A DNA stretch of 45,289 nt from a virus. Position 1 is the first letter of the stretch, and the number at the start of each line of letters is the position of its first letter. The notes beneath the pieces are model-generated. The model did no database searches. It saw nothing but the letters and a program-made list of their open reading frames with translations, and was not told the DNA's origin. This document shows positions 27,955-33,480 of the stretch, piece by piece. The DNA is taken from IMG/VR virus record IMGVR_UViG_3300045988_109839, positions 1 to 45,289 of that record; one strand, written 5' to 3'. The position numbers and the translations under genes are program-made.

Positions 27955-27999
27955 AAAAAATTAGAGGTACAGTTTTGTCCGTACCTCTGTTCAGTTTTT
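27955..27999. terminator. Bidirectional-looking hairpin terminator at the end of the early gene block
   Basis: The 8-bp stem agaggtac/gtacctct has T-runs on both strands (gttcagttttt on plus, aattttttg on minus). Confidence 0.6.
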
Positions 28000-28001
28000 A
28001 G

Positions 28002-28217
28002 CTAGTCAAGTTTGAATTTTTCCAGCAGTTCCGGCAGCGTCAATCCCATTATTAAGGCAGCTTCTGCTTGTAAAATGCGCTCTGCTTTGCTCATTTGTAC
28101 CCCATCACAATAGCGAATACGGGTAAAATGCCCGCTGGGGCTGCGATGGATAGCAAGCTGGTTGCGCTTGTCTACAGTGACAAAAAATGTTTTGCCTTGC
28201 CTTTTATGCTCTCCCAT
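28002..28217 (-). CDS. Early hypothetical protein (71 aa)
   Basis: ORF whose ATG overlaps the upstream stop (TAATG). Confidence 0.5.
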   Translation of the reverse strand: MGEHKRQGKTFFVTVDKRNQLAIHRSPSGHFTRIRYCDGVQMSKAERILQAEAALIMGLTLPELLEKFKLD

Positions 28218-28459
28218 TACTCTTGTACCTCCTGTACATCCAATGCCACCTCTTGACAGCCGGGGCAGTGCTCCAGCCAGTCAAGGTCTACGCCTGCATT
28301 AAATGCGTCGCAGTCATCCTCCAGCCACTCGATGTCCTCCATCGTCTCAGGTTGCCACGCTGCCAACACATCCCCTGCAACGTCGGGTGACCAATTGTAG
28401 CCGTCCCATGTGCGTAGGGTAACTGTTAGGCGTGTGCCGTCTTTTAATGTTACAATCAT
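28217..28459 (-). CDS. Early acidic hypothetical protein (80 aa)
   Basis: ATG (MIVTLKDG) follows AGGAGG. The C-terminal half is rich in D, E and W. Local G+C looks higher than the genome average. Confidence 0.5.
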   Translation of the reverse strand: MIVTLKDGTRLTVTLRTWDGYNWSPDVAGDVLAAWQPETMEDIEWLEDDCDAFNAGVDLDWLEHCPGCQEVALDVQEVQE

Positions 28460-28540
28460 ACGTAACACCTCCTATAGTATTATTAAAGCTTTAAAAGCTT
28501 TATAAGGCACGCAGGCGTTGCCTGTATGCCCTAAAAACTC

Positions 28541-28771
28541 TTAAAAGGGTATAGGCTCAAAAATATTTAAAGCTGCTTCTAAGCCTATTATTTGCCCCTG
28601 CTGGCGGTATATCTCTGTTTTTAAAGCTCTAGCCATCCGGGTACGTTGCTTTTTACCCTTGACATACTTGTCAGCATATACAGCTTGCATTGCTTGTAAA
28701 TGTTGCTGCTGCTGCTCCAGCTCAAATTTTAACCAATCAAGGGGCGTGGTGTTTTTGTCAACTACTAGCAT
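28541..28771 (-). CDS. Early hypothetical protein (76 aa)
   Basis: ORF translationally coupled (TAATG) to the upstream small ORF. Confidence 0.45.
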   Translation of the reverse strand: MLVVDKNTTPLDWLKFELEQQQQHLQAMQAVYADKYVKGKKQRTRMARALKTEIYRQQGQIIGLEAALNIFEPIPF

Positions 28772-28932
28772 TACTTAAGCACCCCCATATTATCCAGCGT
28801 TGCGTCCCAATCGATGGACAAAAACAAGACAACAAACAAGGTTACTGCCCAGCGTGCAATTTCCTTAAGTACCTCATTTGTATGTTTGGATACCAAAAAG
28901 CACCCAATCAAATAAGACAAACATTTTTTCAC
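28771..28932 (-). CDS. Possible small membrane protein (53 aa, GTG start)
   Basis: Not in the ORF track. AGGAGG lies 12 nt upstream of the GTG. There are two hydrophobic stretches. The stop overlaps the next ATG. Confidence 0.3.
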   Translation of the reverse strand: MKKCLSYLIGCFLVSKHTNEVLKEIARWAVTLFVVLFLSIDWDATLDNMGVLK

Positions 28933-28960
28933 TTTTATTTTGTACCTCCTGAAATTAGAG

Positions 28961-29036
28961 TTTAAGGGTTATACAAATAACTCTTAATGAGATACACAGA
29001 TTATTACTAACCTGTGTATCCGATAAAAGTTTATTT
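28961..29036 (-). promoter_or_regulatory. Conserved early intergenic cassette, copy B (conserved flanks around a variable hairpin)
   Basis: Minus strand: AAATAAACTTTTATCGG + hairpin ATACACAG/CTGTGTAT + CTCATTAAGAG..TATAAC..CTTAAA. It shares both flanks with copy A, but the stem sequence differs. Confidence 0.55.
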
Positions 29037-29477
29037 TTCTTCTTTTTCCTCGTTGTAGTCGCTGGCAAGCTCTGTAAGCTCTTCCAACAAGCTCTCCTGC
29101 TCTTCTTCTTCCTTATCTTCTAACCAGCGTGCGATATCAGACAAATATATAAACTTGTCAATTAATCTGCTATTTGTGCAGGATACTATATGCATATATC
29201 CGTTTAGACTAATCCATGTATCATTTGGGCTATAATTGTCGCTGCTGGCTCTTCCATCGTAAAAGGCTTGCAATGGGTCAACGGGTAAAAGCAGTTCCAG
29301 CTCTTCTTCTGTATTCTGCATAATATAGTCATCTTGCAGGTTGCAGGCATTACAATAGGTATTGTGCAGCTTTACAAGGGCGTCCGCTGCTTCATCATGT
29401 TTATAATAAGGATAGTTATAATCATGCAATATATTTTCAATGGTAGACAATACAACCATGATTTCGTCATAGCTCAT
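29031..29477 (-). CDS. Early, strongly acidic protein (148 aa); candidate DNA-mimic/anti-restriction protein
   Basis: By my count, 34 of 148 residues are D or E and 9 are K or R. The C-terminal tail is acidic (EDKEEEEQESLLEELTELASDYNEEKEEK). The gene lies in the early region. Confidence 0.5.
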   Translation of the reverse strand: MSYDEIMVVLSTIENILHDYNYPYYKHDEAADALVKLHNTYCNACNLQDDYIMQNTEEELELLLPVDPLQAFYDGRASSDNYSPNDTWISLNGYMHIVSCTNSRLIDKFIYLSDIARWLEDKEEEEQESLLEELTELASDYNEEKEEK

Positions 29478-29707
29478 TTACTTGTCACCTCCTCAATCTG
29501 ATAAAGTACGTCAGCCAGGTCAAACATGCCCAGGTCAGCAGCAGCTCCACTCAGGCTGCCCATAGACAAATCACGGATAACAACTTGCAGGGTAGAGGGT
29601 TCACCCTTCAAGCAGCTTTCACACTCTCCAGCGGTTGTCACGTCGCAAGCGTCGCAACTCATATGCACCATGAGCAGCACTGCAAGGATAAGACACACAT
29701 TTTTCAT
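29474..29707 (-). CDS. Early small exported protein (77 aa; signal peptide, Cys-rich)
   Basis: N-terminus MKNVCLILAVLLMVHMSCDACD, then CESC. Good RBS. Confidence 0.5.
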   Translation of the reverse strand: MKNVCLILAVLLMVHMSCDACDVTTAGECESCLKGEPSTLQVVIRDLSMGSLSGAAADLGMFDLADVLYQIEEVTSK

Positions 29708-29733
29708 AATAATTTACCTCCTAAATCATTTAA

Positions 29734-29802
29734 TTTTAAGAGTTATAATAAGCTCTTAATGAGTACCACCGCCGGGGCGGTAGTACCGATAAAAGTTTAT
29801 TT
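29734..29802 (-). promoter_or_regulatory. Conserved early intergenic cassette, copy A
   Basis: Minus strand: AAATAAACTTTTATCGG + hairpin GTACTACCGCC/GGCGGTGGTAC + CTCATTAAGAGCTTATTATAACTCTTAAA. Confidence 0.55.
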
Positions 29803-30006
29803 GTCTCTGTAAAGCTCTATAGGCTCATGGTTTCCATACAAGACAGCCGACACCCCAAATCCCAAATCATCTACTATTAAGGTATAATCCCCCCAATAGA
29901 TATTGAATATTAACGTATAGTTTTTAATAACATACCCATTCAGCATTTTTTCCTTTTTATATCCAATTTGTTCGGGGTTATTGATATGTTTTTGTTGTCT
30001 TCTCAT
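29797..30006 (-). CDS. First early protein (69 aa), hypothetical
   Basis: ORF with a GGAGG RBS directly downstream of the divergent promoter region. Confidence 0.5.
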   Translation of the reverse strand: MRRQQKHINNPEQIGYKKEKMLNGYVIKNYTLIFNIYWGDYTLIVDDLGFGVSAVLYGNHEPIELYRDK

Positions 30007-30024
30007 TTGTTTTTGCCTCCATTC

Positions 30025-30074
30025 TGTTATACCATGTTATAACATAGTAGGTATGTTATACCTTGTTATAACAT
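30025..30074. promoter_or_regulatory. Two 21-bp direct repeats, each containing the palindrome atgttataacat (candidate operators)
   Basis: tgttataccatgttataacat at 30025-30045 and tgttataccttgttataacat at 30054-30074. They lie between the leftward promoter and the first early gene. Confidence 0.55.
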
Positions 30075-30087
30075 GTTCCATGGTTAT

Positions 30088-30116
30088 ATAATACCACATG
30101 TTGCAACAAATTGCAA
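30088..30116 (-). promoter_or_regulatory. Host sigma-70/sigmaA-type promoter for the early (minus-strand) genes
   Basis: Minus strand: TTGCAA-17 nt-TATTAT. The palindrome tgttgcaaca lies in the spacer. Confidence 0.5.
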
Positions 30117-30145
30117 TCCCTTTTAATCACTTTTTTAGATTTTTT

Positions 30146-30174
30146 TTGCAACATGTTGCCACATATGATATAAT
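30146..30174 (+). promoter_or_regulatory. Host sigma-70/sigmaA-type promoter for the RHH gene (extended -10)
   Basis: TTGCAA-17 nt-TATAAT with TGa immediately upstream of the -10. The palindrome gcaacatgttgc overlaps the -35. Confidence 0.6.
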
Positions 30175-30201
30175 GTAGACAAATAATAGGAGGTGCATAG
30201 T

Positions 30202-30390
30202 ATGCAACAAGATAAGCCACAAGATAGCTATATTAGATTAAGGATAGCAGCAGACACTAAGCAACAATTCCAACAACTATGTAAGCGCAAGGCTATTAAT
30301 AGTAGTGAGTTATTGCGTCAACTAATAACACAATGGATACATGAGCAACAGGATACTACAATCATGCACAAGCGCAGCAGCGATATATAA
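30202..30390 (+). CDS. Ribbon-helix-helix (Arc/CopG-like) DNA-binding protein; candidate lysogeny regulator
   Basis: SYIRLRIAADTKQQFQQLCKRKAINSSELLRQLITQWI fits a beta-strand plus two helices RHH pattern. ATG lies 8 nt after AGGAGG. It is one of only two credible plus-strand genes. Confidence 0.6.
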   Translation: MQQDKPQDSYIRLRIAADTKQQFQQLCKRKAINSSELLRQLITQWIHEQQDTTIMHKRSSDI

Positions 30391-30884
30391 TAGTAGCTGG
30401 TGACTGTATAATGGTAGTAGCAATAGCAACCAATGGTGACAATAGCCTTTATAGTAATACAACCAATAGCAGCTCATGGATATAATGGATGTAGTAGGGA
30501 TAGTAGATATAGTAGTTATGGTAGGTCTGATAGATACCTAGGGCATATATACAGATACATTTTATGCCTAATTTTTACCTAAATTGTACTATGTGTTCAT
30601 TATAATGTACATATGTTTGCAATATCCCCATAAAAACTAGATAGTTATATATACCTTGCTTGCTTATCTCAGGGCATAAACAAGGTAAATTTAACATAAC
30701 ATGTATTATCGGACGTAACTTGTACCCTTGGGCGCACTGATGTAGCATGCACTGTTTAGATGTAGTGTATACTATTTCGCTGGATGCCTGAAGACCCCGG
30801 GGCACGGGGGGAAACCAAGCAATCTCTATATTAAATATACCCTTTCACAATTTTTGGCAATTTTTGAAGTTAGGAGGTATTAAA

Positions 30885-32039
30885 ATGCCATCTAAACCCA
30901 CTCGTAGAAGACCTAAAGGCGAAGGGTCTATAATAACCCTCCCTAGTGGTAAAGTGCGTATCAGGGTAGAATTAGACCCTGTGGATGGCAAAAGGCGATG
31001 GCTATCAGCAACAGCAGACACAAAAAAGGAAGCTGTGGAGAAGCTGAAGAAGCTTCAGAGAGACAAAGAGGATAGAGGTCTGCAAGTAAAAGCAGAGGAA
31101 GACACAATAAAGTATCAAGGCGAGGTGTACCTTAAGCACCTAGAAGCTCAGCGGATGTCAGGGTCTGTAATATTGACCACGAGACGTGTCCTGAAGTTCC
31201 TAGACAACACCGCTAATGGCTTAGCGTTATCTAAGGTTACCACTCATACTATAGATACCATGCTCTTAGAATGGCAACAAAAGAACTATGCAACTAATAC
31301 CTATCTTAATTACATAGGACGCTTAAGGCTCTTTTTCAGATGGTGTGTGGAGCAAGACCTCATTGGAAAGTCACCTGTAACTTCGATGCAGAAGACACCA
31401 AAGAGTGATAAACCTAAGCATGAAGTGGTTGTCTTATCACAAGAGGAGCACGAGCGAATCAAAGCGTTCCTCCTGCCCCTATGGGAGCACAAGGAGAAAC
31501 CTATGCTGAAGTATCAGTTCTACGCTCTGTATTGTCTTGCCTACGAAACAGGCATGAGAGAAGGGGAGCTATTAGCTCTTACATGGGATTGTCTTGATGA
31601 TGCTGCTAATACAATATCTGTAAAAAGAACCTTAGCTAAGGATAAGAACAACAAGACTATAGTTACATACCCTAAGACACAAGCCGGGTATCGCACAATC
31701 AAAATATCTGAGAAGACAACACAGCTTCTTATGTCTTTAAAACCCCTTAGCTTTGACAAGTCACCATATATCTTCTATAATAGGAAAAGAGATAGCTTCT
31801 ATGTGGAGCGGTTGCTTATCCATGCATGGGATTTCACTAGGAAGGGCGCAGGTATCACTAGACCTTTCACGTTCCATGGGATAAGACACACAAACGCATC
31901 CAACATGATTTACAAGCATGTACCTATAGCTCTTATAACGGAACGCTTAGGACACACCAGCATAGCGGTCACCTATGCTATCTATGGGCACATCTTGCAG
32001 GAATGTTCGGAAAAACACGTTGCTGTGATAGAAGCTTAG
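30885..32039 (+). CDS. int: Tyrosine recombinase / phage integrase
   Basis: GMREGELLAL (Arg), HGIRHTNAS (H-x-x-R) and LGHTSIAVTYAIYGH (His and Tyr nucleophile). The N-terminal SAM-like region is present. RBS taggagg. Confidence 0.9.
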   Translation: MPSKPTRRRPKGEGSIITLPSGKVRIRVELDPVDGKRRWLSATADTKKEAVEKLKKLQRDKEDRGLQVKAEEDTIKYQGEVYLKHLEAQRMSGSVILTTRRVLKFLDNTANGLALSKVTTHTIDTMLLEWQQKNYATNTYLNYIGRLRLFFRWCVEQDLIGKSPVTSMQKTPKSDKPKHEVVVLSQEEHERIKAFLLPLWEHKEKPMLKYQFYALYCLAYETGMREGELLALTWDCLDDAANTISVKRTLAKDKNNKTIVTYPKTQAGYRTIKISEKTTQLLMSLKPLSFDKSPYIFYNRKRDSFYVERLLIHAWDFTRKGAGITRPFTFHGIRHTNASNMIYKHVPIALITERLGHTSIAVTYAIYGHILQECSEKHVAVIEA

Positions 32040-32241
32040 CATGTGACACTATAAAGTCACAAACAACAGGTTTTACAAGGGAATACATTGTCAAAATAAT
32101 ACAAGTTTATTACCTAGACAATATATTTCTTTATAATCTATTTGGTATAACCATATACGTGTATTGGTTAAAATATTTTCGTTAGAGCCTGTAAAGCTCA
32201 TGGTTAAGCCATTCTTGAAATAGTGGTCACTATTTTGGTCA

Positions 32242-32427
32242 CTATTGATTCAGAAGACACCTATTGATGTACTTATAGACACTATCCTCATCTATAAGCC
32301 ACCTTTTACCACATTTGAAACCCGACAAGCATTTTGACCTCACTAGCAGGTAAATCTTGTCGGGTTTATTTTGTCTTAGAATCTTAGCTGCTTCTTGGGC
32401 AGTTATAAGATTTACTTTATCAGCCAT
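32242..32427 (-). CDS. Excisionase-family / MerR-like HTH DNA-binding protein
   Basis: ITAQEAAKILRQNKPDKIYLLVRS..L.GFKCGKRWLIDEDSVYKYI fits the HTH_17/Xis pattern. It lies adjacent and convergent to int. Confidence 0.6.
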   Translation of the reverse strand: MADKVNLITAQEAAKILRQNKPDKIYLLVRSKCLSGFKCGKRWLIDEDSVYKYINRCLLNQ

Positions 32428-32966
32428 TTGTGTTGTACCATAGCACCCTTAGCTTTACCATCTGTATCTACAAGTACAGTAAGCTCTAGTGCTTTATCAG
32501 CCTGATAGTTCCTTTGGATAGAGATAGGAACATATGCATGTTCATTCACATAAGACACACCAGCACCCAGCTCCCAAGAGGGGCGCAGCTTAGACAACAC
32601 AGGAGTGAGGTCTACAGTCTGTTCTACAGTAGCCTTTACTCCCGGTGGTGCATCATTAGCAGAGCCACTAGTGCTATCAGGTTGATTAATAGTACCAGCA
32701 GTTCTTTTAACAATCGGCACACTCACTTTCTCGCCATTAATAACAGCGACGTATTTGTTAGACAACACCAAGTCCTCTTCTTTTGGGTTGTCTTTGGTCT
32801 CAGCATGGATTCCTGTGGTAGACAAAAGTCCACCCTTGGAATCTGAGCTGGGCATAGGGGGTTCTGAAGCTTTGTTGTCTCCTCTTAGATATAAGTAGCA
32901 GCACCCAGCTCCAATTGTAAAGCTCAGTAAAAGAGCGATTATATTCTTAGTTCTCGTGGTAATCAT
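32412..32966 (-). CDS. Membrane-anchored protein (184 aa), hypothetical
   Basis: N-terminal TM helix (IIALLLSFTIGAGCCYLYL), then a Ser/Pro-rich linker and a beta-rich domain. Confidence 0.5.
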   Translation of the reverse strand: MITTRTKNIIALLLSFTIGAGCCYLYLRGDNKASEPPMPSSDSKGGLLSTTGIHAETKDNPKEEDLVLSNKYVAVINGEKVSVPIVKRTAGTINQPDSTSGSANDAPPGVKATVEQTVDLTPVLSKLRPSWELGAGVSYVNEHAYVPISIQRNYQADKALELTVLVDTDGKAKGAMVQHKWLIK

Positions 32967-32970
32967 AGCA

Positions 32971-33153
32971 TTACATACCTATAATGGTTTGCAGCAGACT
33001 GTTTGCAATCTGCAAGAAACCAAGTAGCGGTCTATATTCGGGATTGAACGATGAGGATAGCGTATCCACGAACCACAAGAAGACAAACAGGGGGATGGAT
33101 ATTAAAAGACCATAGAGGAAGAAGGTCTTTAGTTTCATTAAGGTTTCTTTCAT
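32971..33153 (-). CDS. Small membrane protein (60 aa)
   Basis: One clear hydrophobic helix and possibly a second. RBS aaaggag. Confidence 0.5.
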   Translation of the reverse strand: MKETLMKLKTFFLYGLLISIPLFVFLWFVDTLSSSFNPEYRPLLGFLQIANSLLQTIIGM

Positions 33154-33169
33154 GGTATATAGTCTCCTT

Positions 33170-33420
33170 TAAGAAGGTTATTTAAGGTAATAATAAAAAA
33201 TACCCTAAGGAATCCTTAGGAGGTATAGGAAACCTTAGGGTATCTATAAGTATCTATTAATTAGGTTTATTAGTAATAATAACAATTACCCTTAGGTATC
33301 TATAGTCTCTATAGTACCAAGGGTATCTAAGGGTTACATATGGAATCATATAAGGTCATATGGTATCTATAGTAACTATAAGGTATCTATAGTTATCTAT
33401 AGGTATAATATAATGTCCCT
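33170..33420. repeat. Array of short repeats (ggtatctata(g), ccttagg, ctatag) and an AT-rich block; candidate genome-end or secondary-origin region
   Basis: At least 8 copies of tatcta(t/a)a(g). The palindrome cctaaggaatccttagg is present. The block accttaggg..attaattaggtttattagtaataataacaattacccttagg resembles 24970-25012. Confidence 0.7.
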
Positions 33421-33433
33421 TTCCTACTCTTAT

Positions 33434-33480
33434 CAAGTATGTGACCCATTAGTTTCACAGGTTTATATGACCCATTAGCT
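33434..33480 (-). promoter_or_regulatory. Two tandem degenerate copies of the promoter-like motif (core CTAATGGGTCA)
   Basis: Minus strand: CTAATGGGTCATATAAACC (overlaps the terminase stop codon) and CTAATGGGTCACATACTTG. Confidence 0.35.

Noticed and set aside
27697-28001. ORFs 27697-27915 (minus, 72 aa) and 27723-28001 (plus, 92 aa) in the spacer upstream of the RNAP gene.
   Set aside because: Neither has a Shine-Dalgarno sequence. Both run through direct-repeat DNA and the promoter-like motif and give low-complexity basic peptides. I treat the region as non-coding, but a small basic protein cannot be fully excluded.
30388-30560. A cluster of TAG and TAA triplets after the RHH gene (TAATAGTAG...TAATGGTAGTAGCAATAG) as a sign of stop-codon reassignment.
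   Set aside because: All long conserved genes (RNAP, polymerase, portal, capsid, NrdD, terminase) are intact under the standard code with no in-frame TAG or TGA. The triplets belong to a non-coding repeat region.
30575-30805. ORF of 76 aa on the minus strand between the RHH and integrase genes.
   Set aside because: It has no RBS and a Cys/His/Tyr-rich odd composition, and it lies in an AT-rich presumed att/regulatory region convergent with nothing. It is likely spurious.
33170-33420. The short-repeat array (tatctatag and similar words) as a CRISPR array.
   Set aside because: The repeats are only about 8-11 bp, irregularly spaced and partly overlapping, with no 25-40 bp repeat-spacer periodicity. 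No cas genes are present.
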